From NCBI GenBank assembly GCA_963828735.1, contig CAWHFW010000005.1, positions 704,001 through 768,000 on the forward strand: a DNA stretch of 64,000 nt, given 5' to 3'. The notes under the pieces are model-generated. The model made no database searches and was not told the origin of the DNA. It was given only the letters and a program-made list of their open reading frames with translations. Of the stretch, positions 19,676-30,797 are shown in pieces. The stretch's first letter is position 1, and the number at the start of each line of letters is the position of its first letter. Source of the stretch: an uncultured Gemmatimonadales bacterium (GTDB lineage: Bacteria > Gemmatimonadota > Gemmatimonadetes > Gemmatimonadales > GWC2-71-9). The translations under genes were made by a program, and so were the position numbers.

Positions 19676-20417
19676 CTAGTTCCCCTGCGGCGTCAAAACT
19701 GGCCGCAACGACTCAGGCTTGAAGAACCGGCTCGCAATGGCCGCCAAGATAATCGGCGCGAAACCGATCACGGCGGCAAAGACCAGCAGGCCCGCATTGC
19801 CGATCACCCCGTTCTTGTACAACCCGTAGCCCATGAAAAGCAGGACATGAGTGACGGCTCCGGCGCCGAACGCCACGACCACGACCTTGCCGCTGTACGG
19901 TCCGCGAATCGTGCACGCGTATATGACCCAGAGGGACAACGGAACAAACAAGATGACGCTGCTCCATAGGCCGGTGTTGTAAGCGCCCGCCACGACGCCC
20001 GCCCGCGGTGTGCAGAAGTCCGTTGGCCAAGAGCAGTCCCCAGAAGCTGAGGCCGATGAGGACGTTGCGCCTGCAGAGGTACGCCGCCAGTGGCGCCCCG
20101 AACCACATCAGAGCGATGTTCACCACCGGGTAGAAGGCCAGCGGAATCGGGCAGTCCGGATACGGCGGAAAGCCGAGGTTCTTGCAGATCATTTCCTGGA
20201 TTGAGTAGTCGAAGCCCAGCACCGGCAGGCTGTATTCCTCGAACTGATGTATCCAGTAGAGCGGCACGGCGAGCCATGCCAGCCACACAGGATCACGCCA
20301 GCGCGATACCGTGGTGTTGCCACGGAATGTGTCGGTCAGCAGCAGGATGGCGACCATCACGATCGCCCCGCCCACCCCTATGAACGGCCAAACGGTGTAG
20401 AACCAGTGTGTTTGCAT
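19676..20417 (-). CDS. HXXEE domain membrane protein, +1 frameshift near 19999
   Basis: IHQFEEY in one frame and GAYNTGL in the next; removing one G joins them. Confidence 0.75.
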
Positions 20418-20651
20418 GGGGCGTCCCCTTTGCGCTGGCGCCTAACGAATGGCAAATCAGCCGCGGCGGAGCTGGGTTGCTCCTCAGTGGTGGGCGGGCG
20501 GCCCGGAGGTACCAGTCACCCCCGCCCGTGAATGGCCCGAAGGCATGCGCCAGTCTATGAGCCGGCCAGTCGACCGGGTATTGGACTTTGGACCATGTCG
20601 GCGGGGCCGCTTTGAAATCGAGCCGCGTTGGCGCCTGCTGACGACACGAGG

Positions 20652-20693
20652 AAGCCCGACATGACCTAGGTCATTGTCGGGCTTCATTGCCCC
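20652..20693. repeat. 42 bp direct repeat (palindromic hairpin + tRNA-Gln 3' tip), copy 1
   Basis: 41/42 identical to 49624-49665. Confidence 0.9.
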
Positions 20694-20760
20694 CGTGGCG
20701 ACGCTGGTCGACGTGACCGGGCTGGTGATCTATTTCTCAGTGGGGTTGGTCATCCTGGGA
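20689..20760 (+). pseudogene. MgtE-like C-terminal fragment
   Basis: APVATLVDVTGLVIYF resembles the last TM of MgtE; begins at the repeat junction. Confidence 0.55.
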
Positions 20761-21182
20761 GTGGAAGGACACCCTCACCACGCTGCACCTGTGGACCCAG
20801 ATCGTGGGAGAAATCCGGCTGGCACGTCCTCCTGGACAGGATGCGCGTCCGGTCAGCGTGAACACCCGGCGTGAGACACAGCCAGTCTCGGTGCACCTTT
20901 TCGTACTAGCCGCCTCCTAGTTCAAGGGGCTTCTGCCGCGCTGCTCCTTGTCCCACCGGCTGACAAGGTTCATCAGGCGGTCCCAGAACCCTACGGGACC
21001 GGCACGCGACCCGCTTCCATTATCGTCGTAGCACTCGGGGAATCCCGGCAGCCCGCCAGGGCGGAGGAGCGACACGAGAGAGTTCACGCCGTAGGCGATG
21101 GATTTTTCTAATCCGACGGGAGGTCGGCAGGCCCACTGGGCGGAAGGCCGGCGGGGGACTGTTCCACCGGCCCGAGTGATTC

Positions 21183-21413
21183 TCAGCCCTTTTCTGGGGG
21201 GCCTTGGCTGGCCAACGCGAGCTCGCCGTTGATCTCGAACGTCGGCAGCACCCCCGGAATGCTGAGTGTCGCATGCACCGGCAGGATCTCGTTTCCAGTG
21301 AGCTTGCCTTCGCGCAGAGCCGTCTCCACCGCCCGCTCTATTTCGCGCTGCGCCGTTACTCCGAAGCCCTTGAGGAACTTCCGGACCTCGAGATTGAAGA
21401 CGTCCTCATTCAC
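21183..21413 (-). CDS. DUF6494-like small protein
   Basis: MNEDVFNLEVRKFLKGFGVTAQREIE; GGAGG RBS before GTG. Confidence 0.8.
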   Translation of the reverse strand: MNEDVFNLEVRKFLKGFGVTAQREIERAVETALREGKLTGNEILPVHATLSIPGVLPTFEINGELALASQGPPEKG

Positions 21414-21668
21414 GGTTACCTCCGGACTGATCATCTCCCCATCGGGTCCGCAACTTCGGATCCTGCTGCTCCCCGCCCCGACATGCGAAGTACAGATCTT
21501 CTAGCATGCGAAGCCCCACCTCCCACCGCGGACCCAAGCTGGCTCCAGTTCCCGCAACTGCGGGGCAACTGTGCGTGCAACGGTACGCGCTGGTATCCAG
21601 GTGGCCACCGCGATAGTTGGATTACCACGGGGCAGGCTCAGGGGGTTCCAAGCGCCTGTGCCCCCTAT

Positions 21669-21975
21669 CTAGGTACCCCGGGGTGGGACCACGCCACCAC
21701 CTTCGGTCGCCTTGTCGATCTGGTCGCTGAGCGCCTCCGGCTCCGTCGCCTCCGCCAGCACCCGCACCTCAGCGCCCTCGTCGAATTGGCAGCCAACCGT
21801 CCGCCCGATCTCCTCCAGCATCAGCAGCATCTTCGTGTTCTCCTGCTCGGCCAAGAGGTTCAGCTGCAGGTCCAGATGACCGCGCTTGTCGCTGATCTTG
21901 GCCGCGCGGTTCTGGCTCATCAGGATGAAGATCGCGAGAAAGATCGCTTCCACCGAGAGCACGAGCGCCATCACC
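21669..21975 (-). pseudogene. DUF1003 membrane protein, C-terminal part only
   Basis: SVEAIFLAIFILMSQNR..DLQLNLLAEQE; N-terminal half absent. Confidence 0.65.
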
Positions 21976-22391
21976 CGCTCGACGTTGTGGCGCGTCAGGT
22001 CCGCCGCGGAGTGCGGCTGTAAGGGGCGGTCTGCCGCTGAGGGGCCTGAGCCTCCTGGGTCACTCGCTATCCGACGATCTCGCTGTAAGCGGCCCCAGTC
22101 AGGTACCACGCGGCCCCCCTGATTTCGCAACCAAAGCTGTCTTCCTCCCGTATCGAGTCCCGAACTCGCTGCCCCGAGTCTAGGGGGAAGGACGGCGGGG
22201 CACGGTGAGGGTCCTCACGCAGCGGGTGGCTGTACGGTAGCGTACCGGAGTCGCGCTCAAGCGCCTGCGAGGTCGGCAACGAAGGGACGCACATCACGGC
22301 GCAGCGCAGGTCCGTGGGCGAGACTGCATGCCCCGCCGACCCAGCGATGTGGGGCCGGACCGTCATGAGACGCATCACCGCGGAGCAAGCC

Positions 22392-22922
22392 ATGCCGCTC
22401 GATAGCTTGGAGAAGTTGTTTGTCGAAGAGTTGAAGGACGTCTACCATGCCGAGAAGCAGCTCGTCGCGGCGTTGCCCAAGTTGGCCGACGCTGCCAGCG
22501 ATCCCGCCTTGGCCGAGGCCTTCGCCAAGCACCTCAAGGAAACCGAAGGACACGTGGCCCGGATCGAGAAGGTGTTCCAGATCCTCGGTCTTCCCAATCG
22601 GGGGAAGACGTGCAGAGGGATGCAAGGCCTGGTGGAGGAAGGGAAAGAGATTCTCGAGGAGAAGGGCGAGGACAGCGTGATCGACGCCGCCCTGATCTCA
22701 GCCGCGCAGCGGGTGGAACACTATGAAATGGCCGCCTACGGCTGCCTGCGGAGCTACGCCCAGTTGTTGGGCCACACCGACGTCGCCCAGCTCCTCGAGC
22801 ACACGCTTCAGGAAGAGGAAGCGGCGGACGAGAAGTTGACGGAGCTGGCCGAGGGTGGCATCAACGAGGCGGCGCTAGCCGGGCCACCGTTCAAAGGTTC
22901 TGAAGCCAAGCAAGCGATGTAA
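22392..22922 (+). CDS. Ferritin-like DUF892 (YciE/YciF) protein
   Basis: ELKDVYHAEKQ, AAQRVEHYEMAAYG. Confidence 0.9.
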   Translation: MPLDSLEKLFVEELKDVYHAEKQLVAALPKLADAASDPALAEAFAKHLKETEGHVARIEKVFQILGLPNRGKTCRGMQGLVEEGKEILEEKGEDSVIDAALISAAQRVEHYEMAAYGCLRSYAQLLGHTDVAQLLEHTLQEEEAADEKLTELAEGGINEAALAGPPFKGSEAKQAM

Positions 22923-23086
22923 GCCGGGGTGGGCGCGTGATGACTGCACCGCCGCCCTGTCGGGCGGCGGTACTTTCCACAGTCACGGGCGCCTCTCCTT
23001 CCTCACCCTCGCCATCAGTACCCATCCCCTCGTCGTTGCCTGTTTCACCGGACTTCGCTCTGAGCGGTACGCGAGCCTGCGCGTTG

Positions 23087-24751
23087 CTAGGCCCTGACGC
23101 CGGCGGCCTCCATCGGGCGGCCCCGCAGCTCGGCGAGATACTGGTGCACCACGGCGATCGCCATGCTCCCCTCGCCGACACCGGACGCGACGCGCTTGAT
23201 TGACCCGTGCCGCACGTCGCCCGCCGCGAGGATGCCCGGGACGCTGGTCTCGAGCAGATACGGATCCCGCGCCAGTGGCCAGGTGGCTGGCCGCCGCTCC
23301 GCGAGCTGGTCCACCACGTCGCGCCCCGTGCAGACGTAGCCCCAGCGATCTCGGATCACGTCTTCGGGCAACCAGGAAGTCTCGGCGCGCGCTCCGATGA
23401 ACACGAAAACCCCGTCGCTTGGAATCCGTTCCGGCTGTCTCGCGGCCTTCCTGAGCACGTGGATGGCCTGCAGCGAATCCTCGCCCTCGACCTCCACGAC
23501 CTCGACCTCGGTCTCGATCGTCACATTTCCCTTGGTGGCCAGCTGGTCTACCAGGTATTGGGACATGCTGTCGGCGACCGATGGGCCGCGCACAAGCATC
23601 GTCACCGATTCCGCGTAGTTGGCGAACATCATCGCGGCCTGACCGGCCGAATTGCCGCCGCCGATCAGGTGCACCGACTGGCCGCGGAGCCGGAGCCCCT
23701 CTGCCCGCGCGGCTCCGTAGTACACCCCGTGACCCACCAGGCGATCCATGCCCGGCACGTCGAGGCGCCTCCATTCGACGCCGGTGGCCACGATCACCGA
23801 CCGCGCGAAGATGTCGGACCCGTCCTCGAGCTCAAGTGCGTGCGGCGCCCCCGGCTCCGCTGACTTCAGCGCCCTCGCAGACCGAGTCACCAACAGCTCG
23901 GCGCCCAGCCGGAGGGCCTGCTGCGTCGCCTTCTCGCTCAGCTCCTCGCCGGAGAGCCCGCCGGGAAAGCCGAGATAGTTCTCGATACGGGACGACGTGC
24001 CGGCCTGGCCGCCCCAGGCCGTCCGCTCGACGAGCAGGGTTCGGAGCCCTTCCGAGGCGCCGTACACCGCGGCTGCGAGGCCGGCCGGGCCGCCGCCCAC
24101 TATGGCGACGTCATACCGGTCCTCCCTGGGCTCGGTCTGGAAGCCGAGCGCCTCGGCGAGCAGGCGATACGAGGGGACCTCCAGCCGTCTTCCGTCTGGC
24201 AGCAGCACCGCGGGTGGTCTCTCCTCCTCGCGCCAGACGAATGGAACGCGGTTTCGGGACAGGAACTCGCGCAGGTCGTAGCAGACCGGATCGTGCCGCT
24301 GTCCGACGACCGTCGCCATCACAGTGGGCGCGTCCGCGGTCGCCTGCTGCAGGCGGCCCACACGGCTGACCATCGTCCGCGAGATCTCGCTGCTCAACAC
24401 CCGGCACTGGGTGACCATCTCCAGGAAGTCGGGGCGGTCGAGCCGCAGGAGGCGGGTCGGCTCGGTAGCCTGGAGGGTGGCGAGCGCGGGCGCGCCGAGA
24501 AGCAGTGGCACCTCGCCGAAATAGTCGCCAGGACCGTATGTAGCGATCCGCTGATCGCGGCCGCCGATCGCCTTGAATACATCGATCCTGCCCTCGAGCA
24601 GGCCGAAGAATGCCGGGGCCTGCCCCTCGAACAGCAGGTACTCGCCGATCCTGAGGCGCACATCGGCCGAGCGCGCCGCGAGCGACGCGCGCTCGGCGTC
24701 GGGGATGGCGGCGAAGAGCGAAATCTCCCTGAGGAGGTCGGCGGTGATCAC
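23087..24751 (-). CDS. cNMP-binding domain + thioredoxin reductase-like FAD oxidoreductase
   Basis: GDYFGE cNMP domain; GGGPAG, IENYLGFP, GGGNSAGQAA, AAGDVR. Confidence 0.88.
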   Translation of the reverse strand: MITADLLREISLFAAIPDAERASLAARSADVRLRIGEYLLFEGQAPAFFGLLEGRIDVFKAIGGRDQRIATYGPGDYFGEVPLLLGAPALATLQATEPTRLLRLDRPDFLEMVTQCRVLSSEISRTMVSRVGRLQQATADAPTVMATVVGQRHDPVCYDLREFLSRNRVPFVWREEERPPAVLLPDGRRLEVPSYRLLAEALGFQTEPREDRYDVAIVGGGPAGLAAAVYGASEGLRTLLVERTAWGGQAGTSSRIENYLGFPGGLSGEELSEKATQQALRLGAELLVTRSARALKSAEPGAPHALELEDGSDIFARSVIVATGVEWRRLDVPGMDRLVGHGVYYGAARAEGLRLRGQSVHLIGGGNSAGQAAMMFANYAESVTMLVRGPSVADSMSQYLVDQLATKGNVTIETEVEVVEVEGEDSLQAIHVLRKAARQPERIPSDGVFVFIGARAETSWLPEDVIRDRWGYVCTGRDVVDQLAERRPATWPLARDPYLLETSVPGILAAGDVRHGSIKRVASGVGEGSMAIAVVHQYLAELRGRPMEAAGVRA

Positions 24752-24800
24752 GCGGCCTCCTGCGGGACCCCGACGAGGTCGCTACTGGGAGGCCTTGCGC

Positions 24801-25127
24801 TCACTGGTACACTGGGGGGTGATGCCTCACCGCCGCCGTAGCCTCGTCAAGGCGACCGAGGTATTCGGTGACGGTCTCGCCCGCGCGCCGCCGAGGCAGC
24901 ACGAAATGCACGTCGTCGGGCTCGCGGGTGACGCCGTGAGGCCCTTCGTCCACCATGAGATCTCCGCCGCGCGACTCGACCGCGAGCTCGAAGCGCTCAA
25001 CCGACTCGAGGAGCGTCGCCAGCTCGTCGCTCGTCTCCCGCCCGGTGAGCGCGACAGCGCGCTGCCGCAGGCGGGCGCTCGTCTCAGCCACGGCGCAGCG
25101 AAGCTCTTCCTGTTGCTCGGGATACAT
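24801..25127 (-). CDS. Hypothetical protein
   Basis: FELAVESRGGDLMVD..PDDVHFVLP; high-GC3 codon pattern. Confidence 0.6.
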   Translation of the reverse strand: MYPEQQEELRCAVAETSARLRQRAVALTGRETSDELATLLESVERFELAVESRGGDLMVDEGPHGVTREPDDVHFVLPRRRAGETVTEYLGRLDEATAAVRHHPPVYQ

Positions 25128-25448
25128 GATTGTACCTTGGGCTCCTCTCTTGGTGTCCCAGAGACCGTCGCTTTCAACTCTCACCATGCGCCGACTTGCC
25201 GCAAGCCCTCGCGGGTGTGGGCTCACGGACGGCAGTTCTGTCGAAGTTTGCCGGGGCTCGAACTCTGGAATCCCGCTTCTGCGGTGCCGTATAGTTGAGC
25301 CCTAGGGCGATCCTGACCAAATCGGCAAGAAAGCCCGCCCTATTTCGCGTCACCTGCCGATGTGCTTTCACGTGATCTCACCGGTCCCCGTGCGCACCCT
25401 ATTCGTCAGTTCGGATACAAGAGGCAATCAGCAGGAGGCGTTCTAGCG

Positions 25449-26159
25449 TCATGGGGCCGGGCCACGAAGAGAGACCGCGGCCGTCGGTGACGTCCGCTTT
25501 CCCGCTCCAACGGTTGGTTGCGTACCGTAGAAGTGGACAAACCCCCGGATCACGTTCGCAATCGCAACGCTGAAATCGCCGAGCGCTTTGCTCAACGATG
25601 CAACCGACTGCTCGGTCGGGGTACCCGCTCCCGAGGCGGTCAGCCGTGTCTCCTTCTCAGCAATCGTTCGCCGGCTTGCGACATCGCGCAGGAACCATCG
25701 TGCTACGAGGTGCGCCGTCCCGGCGGTGTCCGTCTCGAAGCTCAGCACGTCGATCTCGAGCTGATAGGTTGGCCGCTCTTGAGCCGGCCAGGGCTGCACT
25801 CTTACCCGATCGCGGAGCAGGACCGATAAGTTGTGAGCCAGCACCTGCCCAATGTTGTCTTCCAGGGGCTCTGCCCAACGATCATCGCCGGAGAGAGTAA
25901 CACGATTCTGGGAGATCCGGGTAACTATCTGGTCCTGATCCAGATATCCCGGCAGTTGGATGGGCCCCAGGCCTATCGCAGGCCGCGCCAGCCCTGGCGA
26001 ATTCGTGGTCGCGGCCTGCTCGGCTCCGGGTTCTGGAAGCGGGCTGAGGGTAAAGAGTCCCCATGGCTGTTGCTGCTGTTGGCCGACGTGCACGCAGCCG
26101 GTGAAGCAGATGCAGGCCAACGCCAGGAACACGGGTCGAGCACGCGGACCCCGCATCAC
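25449..26159 (-). CDS. PqiC-like ABC transport auxiliary lipoprotein
   Basis: Lipobox FTGC; GPIQLPGYLD, RWAEPL. Confidence 0.85.
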   Translation of the reverse strand: MMRGPRARPVFLALACICFTGCVHVGQQQQQPWGLFTLSPLPEPGAEQAATTNSPGLARPAIGLGPIQLPGYLDQDQIVTRISQNRVTLSGDDRWAEPLEDNIGQVLAHNLSVLLRDRVRVQPWPAQERPTYQLEIDVLSFETDTAGTAHLVARWFLRDVASRRTIAEKETRLTASGAGTPTEQSVASLSKALGDFSVAIANVIRGFVHFYGTQPTVGAGKRTSPTAAVSLRGPAP

Positions 26160-27124
26160 TGCTTCCCGGCCACAGGTTTGCCGAAGATGACCGCGCTCGG
26201 GTTGCGCTCCAGATATCCGCTCAAGAGGCGGACGGAGCGCGCAGCCGCAGAAACCTCCTGCAACGTCCGGGTGAGCTCGTACATCACGGAGGGATCGTTG
26301 ACGGTTGCGTCGGTGTGCTGCAGGACCTGGTCGGCCTGATCCATCATCGCCCCCGCCTTCACGCTGGTCTGGTGGAAATCCGCCGTCAGCTTGGAGACGT
26401 TGCTGTCGAGCCCGGTGGCCAGCTGTGACACATTGCCGGCCGCGTCGCCCAGCCGGCCTGCGACATTGCCAAGGGATCGGATCGTCAGCTTCAGGTCCGG
26501 CGAGCCGACCAGTTGGTGCAGGTCCGAGATAGCTTGCCGGGCAGAATCGACGAGGCCCTCGAGGTCGCTTGCTGCCAGCTTGGTGAGTACTTCCGTTACC
26601 GCCGTCCGCGCCTTCTCGCTCGAGGACGGCTCGGTCGGAATCTCGCGGTACCGGAACTTGCGGGTGCCCGGCTGTTGGACCAAGACGGTGGGGCTGCCGG
26701 GGAAATATTCCAACGCCACAAATAGGACCCCGGTGACGAAACTCTCGGTCTGAAGCTGCCCGCGAAGCCCGGCATCGATCGCGCTCCGATACTCCGCCGG
26801 GCTATTGAGAATGGTCTCGCTGCCACCGAGACTGGTAATCTTATCGGGGTCGATCCCGATGATGACCGGTATGCGGAACACGCTCTGGTCCCGCTTCAAC
26901 TGGAGCCGGATGTCTTGAACGGAGCCGATCTCGACCCCGCGGAACTTGACAGGCGCTCCAACGCGGAGGCCGTTCACTGAACCAGCGAAATAGAGCACGA
27001 ATGTGTAGGTCCGGTGAAAGTAGCGACCGGAGCCGATCAGAACGACTGCCGTCACAGCCAGCAGCACTGCACCAACCACGAAGGCGCCGATCAGAGTTGG
27101 GCTGACACGCTGGTTCATCGTCAT
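26156..27124 (-). CDS. MlaD/MCE family protein
   Basis: GSVNGLRVGAPVKFRGVEIGSV; LERNPSAVIFG. Confidence 0.9.
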   Translation of the reverse strand: MTMNQRVSPTLIGAFVVGAVLLAVTAVVLIGSGRYFHRTYTFVLYFAGSVNGLRVGAPVKFRGVEIGSVQDIRLQLKRDQSVFRIPVIIGIDPDKITSLGGSETILNSPAEYRSAIDAGLRGQLQTESFVTGVLFVALEYFPGSPTVLVQQPGTRKFRYREIPTEPSSSEKARTAVTEVLTKLAASDLEGLVDSARQAISDLHQLVGSPDLKLTIRSLGNVAGRLGDAAGNVSQLATGLDSNVSKLTADFHQTSVKAGAMMDQADQVLQHTDATVNDPSVMYELTRTLQEVSAAARSVRLLSGYLERNPSAVIFGKPVAGKQ

Positions 27125-27900
27125 GGATTTCCTCCCCGCGTCAGGAAGCTCCGAAGGGTGGGGTCCTGCGTCCGGGCCAATAGCTCCTTCGGGGGACCGC
27201 TGGCCGTGATCGCCCGGCTCGGCATGTCGAGGTAGATGCTGTGGGTGCCGATGGCGAAGATGCTGGCCAGGTCGTGGCTGACCACCACCAGGGTGATTCC
27301 GAGGCTGTCGCGCAGGTTGAGAATCAGCTCGTCCAGCCGGCGCGCGCTGATCGGGTCGAGCCCGGCCGATGGCTCGTCGAAGAACAGGATGTCGGGATCC
27401 AGCGCCATGGCCCGAGCCAATCCGGCTCGCTTCTGCATCCCGCCGCTGATCTCCGACGGGTAGTAGTCCTCGAAGCCTTTGAGGCCCACGAGCGCGAGCT
27501 TGAGTGCGGCGACCTGGCGGATCTCGGCGGACTTGAGATCGGTGTACTCCTCCAGCAGCAGCCCGATATTTTCACTCAGGGTCATCGCGCTCCACAGGGC
27601 GCCGCCCTGAAACAGAACCCCAACATCTTTGAGAATCCGTTCCCGCTGGCTCGGGTCCGCCGTCGTGAAGTTTTCCCCCTCGTAATAGATGCTGCCGTGC
27701 GCCGGCTGGTTGAGGCCGATCAGGTGTCGCAGCAGGGTGCTCTTGCCGCTCCCGCTGCCGCCCATGATGATGAAGACATCGCCCCGGTTGACGGTGAACG
27801 TCATGTCGCGCATCAGCACGAAGCTGCCGTATGCCATGGTGAGATCGCGCACGGTGATGCAGGGCGTCGCTCCCTTTCCGGCGACGGACTCGTCGGCCAT
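27121..27900 (-). CDS. ABC ATPase (MlaF-like)
   Basis: GGSGSGKS, ISGGMQKR, FFDEPSAGLDP. Confidence 0.92.
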   Translation of the reverse strand: MADESVAGKGATPCITVRDLTMAYGSFVLMRDMTFTVNRGDVFIIMGGSGSGKSTLLRHLIGLNQPAHGSIYYEGENFTTADPSQRERILKDVGVLFQGGALWSAMTLSENIGLLLEEYTDLKSAEIRQVAALKLALVGLKGFEDYYPSEISGGMQKRAGLARAMALDPDILFFDEPSAGLDPISARRLDELILNLRDSLGITLVVVSHDLASIFAIGTHSIYLDMPSRAITASGPPKELLARTQDPTLRSFLTRGGNP

Positions 27901-29030
27901 CAGACCCCCAGGACGTAGAACAGGAAGGCGAACACGCCACAGGCCACGATGATGGCAACCAGGCTGGTCACGACGGCGGAGGTGGCTGCCCTCCCGACGG
28001 CCGATGCGCTGCTCCCGGCCTGCAGGCCGCGCACGCAGCCGGCACCCGCGATCAAGCCGCCGTACACGGCGCTCTTGAACACGCCACCGACGGTGTCGCC
28101 CAGGCGGACGGCGTGGGTGGTCTGCCCGATGTACATCGTCCATGAGAGATCCAGCATCCCGACGCCGATCGTCGCCCCGCCGATGATGCCGACGAAGTCC
28201 GCGTACAGGCAGAGCAGCGGCATCATCAGGACCAGTGCCAGGACCCGGGGGAGAACGAGAAATTCAGGGATCGAAAAGCCCGCGGTCGTGAAGGCGTCGA
28301 GCTCCTGCGTGACCTTCATGGTGCCAAGCTCGGCCGCAAACGCGGCGCCGGTGCGGCCCGCCATGAGGATGGCGCTCATCAGCGCAGCCATCTCCCGGGT
28401 CATCGCCACACCGACCAGGTTGGCGACATAGATCTGTGCGCCAAACTGTTTGAGCTGGATGGCGCTGACGAATGCGAGAATGACCCCCACCAGGAAACTG
28501 ATCAGCGTCACGATCGGGAGCGCCTCGATCCCGCACTGCTGGATCAGCAACCAGAGGTCGGATGGCCGATAGCGCGCGGTCCTTCGGACCAGCCGAATGG
28601 ACGCCAGGGTCAGGTTGCCGAGGAACGAAAGGGTTTCGCCTCCTTCGGCGACGAGAGCGAGCGCGGGCGCGCCCAGGCGCTCGAGGAACGGGGGCGCGCT
28701 GAGGTCCTTGCGGGCGCCCGCTCGTTCGGGCACCGCCACGGCGAGGTCCAGAAGGTTGTGCAGTCCGGCCGGCAGCGCCGTGGCGTCGAGCGCTACGCCT
28801 CGTTCGCGGCAGGTGTCGCTGACCCGGGCGAGGAAGACCAGCATGCTGCTGTCCCAGAGACCCAGCTCCTGGGTGTCGAACGCGACCCTCGTCGGGAGCG
28901 GCTCCCGCCGTAATTCGGTTTCGACGGCGGCGGCGGAGGCCAGCCCGTTCTCCAAGTTCCATCGTCCAGCAAGCCGAATCTGGAGGACATCGTTCTCGAG
29001 CCGGTCAATCGCGACGTGGTTCATCGCCAA
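27900..29030 (-). CDS. MlaE family permease with N-terminal STAS-like domain
   Basis: AGRTGAAFAAELGTMK, VGRAATSAVV. Confidence 0.9.
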   Translation of the reverse strand: MAMNHVAIDRLENDVLQIRLAGRWNLENGLASAAAVETELRREPLPTRVAFDTQELGLWDSSMLVFLARVSDTCRERGVALDATALPAGLHNLLDLAVAVPERAGARKDLSAPPFLERLGAPALALVAEGGETLSFLGNLTLASIRLVRRTARYRPSDLWLLIQQCGIEALPIVTLISFLVGVILAFVSAIQLKQFGAQIYVANLVGVAMTREMAALMSAILMAGRTGAAFAAELGTMKVTQELDAFTTAGFSIPEFLVLPRVLALVLMMPLLCLYADFVGIIGGATIGVGMLDLSWTMYIGQTTHAVRLGDTVGGVFKSAVYGGLIAGAGCVRGLQAGSSASAVGRAATSAVVTSLVAIIVACGVFAFLFYVLGV

Positions 29031-29386
29031 GGTGCACCACCAACCAGTGGGGCCCGGCGCTGATCCCTGCTTGGGCTCCTGCCCGCCTGCCGCCGACGCG
29101 AGGAGACGGACGCGAGCAGACTCACGGCCCCAAGGTATGGTCGCACTCGCTTGACGCCGCGCCGCTCTGCTCTCATGGCGTACAAGCTAGGCTCCCTGGT
29201 CGGCGCGCTCGCGAACGCCGTTGAGGAACGAAATTGCGCTGCTCAGGAATCGACTAGCGGCGGTGCCGCCACCCCGCCTACGTGGCGGCCTTGCGGCCTG
29301 CAACAATGGCCTCGCCGCTTGCATCAACCGCGCCCAGGGTCACATTTGGCCGGACTACGTGTCCTCTTTCTAGGAGCGTCCGACCT

Positions 29387-29908
29387 ATGTCGAGTGGTCT
29401 GCTGATGCTGCTTCGCCTCGTTCACATCGTCGTGGGCGTCTTTTGGGTGGGCGCCGTCGCGTTCATTGCCTTCTTTCTCCTTCCGACCATTCAGAGCGTG
29501 GGAGCGGCCGGCGAGGCCGTCATGCGGCAGCTCAACCAGATCCGACGGATGCAGCGCTGGCTCACCGCGGCCGCCGTGTTGACCATCCTCGCCGGCCTCC
29601 TGCTCTACTGGCATGATTCCGCTGGGTTCGGGTCGGTGCAGTGGATGCGCTCCGGGCCCGGGGTCACGTTCGGCCTCGGTGCCGTGCTCGCCATTGCCGC
29701 TACGGGTTTCCACTCCGCGGTGATCGCCCCGGCCGCCCGGGAGCTGGCCGCCATCATGGCCCTCGCCGACGCGGCAGGCGGGCCTCCCTCGTCCGATCTC
29801 GCGACGGTACAGCGCCTGCAGGCGCGCCTGGCGTGGGGTGCCCGCACTTGGGCGGTGCTGCTGCTGCTCGCGGCGGCGGCCATGTCCGTCGCGCGATACG
29901 TCGGCTAG
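29387..29908 (+). CDS. Four-TM membrane protein
   Basis: LRLVHIVVGVFWVG start, AGGAG RBS. Confidence 0.7.
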   Translation: MSSGLLMLLRLVHIVVGVFWVGAVAFIAFFLLPTIQSVGAAGEAVMRQLNQIRRMQRWLTAAAVLTILAGLLLYWHDSAGFGSVQWMRSGPGVTFGLGAVLAIAATGFHSAVIAPAARELAAIMALADAAGGPPSSDLATVQRLQARLAWGARTWAVLLLLAAAAMSVARYVG

Positions 29909-30120
29909 CGCCAGCAGAGATCGTCGTGGCGGCGCGGACCCTGCAACTACCCGGCGCAGCCTCGTTCAACAGTTTCGAGCAGGACACGCGGAGAGGCCCG
30001 GTGTGAGTACTCCGAGCCCGACGTACAGCGTCCGGCCGCACAGCCGTCGGCGGAAGGGCATCAGTTTGGCATGCGAGTGGATTGACTTCCAGCAGCCGTC
30101 CCACCCGACCCCTGCTCCTC

Positions 30121-30744
30121 TCAACGATCGGGTAAGCGGGTTCCGCTCGTGACCGCGGCGCGCGCGTGCAGGTGCCGGAACCCGCCCTGGGCTCCGTAGC
30201 CAAGGACGTAGCCCAGTTGGATGTTGAGCACCCCGAGCGGCTCGAGCAGACGCGCGTTCTTGAGCGACCCCGCGTTCACCGCATCGAACCCGATGTCGCG
30301 GGCCAGCTCCGTCACCGTGGAGCGCGCCGCGTCGTCATCGCCCGCCACGAACGCGGTCAAGGGCTGCCCTTCCACCTGCCCCGTCTCCATGAGTCCGGCA
30401 AACACGGTGTTGAACGCCTTCACCACGTGGGCCCCCGGGAGCTTCTCTTGCAGCTCCTCGCCCCCACTGGTGGTGAAGCCGATCGCCAGACTGGCATGGT
30501 CGTTCAGCGCGTTGGTCACGTCCACGATCGGCTTCCCCGCCGTGACCGGCTCGATGATCTGGGCCACGTCGCCGACGGCCGCGAACGGCACCGCCAGGAT
30601 CACGACGTCGGCCCACTCGGCGACGTCCCGGATTGCTCGCTCGTCCTTTTCCACCGCGTTCACCTCGTGCCCGGCCCGCGAGAGTCCCCGGCTCAGGGCA
30701 CGAGCGACATGGCCCCGTCCCACGATTGCGATCTTCTTGGCCAT
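30121..30744 (-). CDS. NADPH-dependent F420 reductase-like oxidoreductase
   Basis: IVGRGHV, ILAVPF, VDVTN, VVKAFNT. Confidence 0.88.
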   Translation of the reverse strand: MAKKIAIVGRGHVARALSRGLSRAGHEVNAVEKDERAIRDVAEWADVVILAVPFAAVGDVAQIIEPVTAGKPIVDVTNALNDHASLAIGFTTSGGEELQEKLPGAHVVKAFNTVFAGLMETGQVEGQPLTAFVAGDDDAARSTVTELARDIGFDAVNAGSLKNARLLEPLGVLNIQLGYVLGYGAQGGFRHLHARAAVTSGTRLPDR

Positions 30745-30797
30745 ACCCTTCCTGTCTCCTTTCATTTATTTGACCGCGGGGACGACGGGTACCGGCG

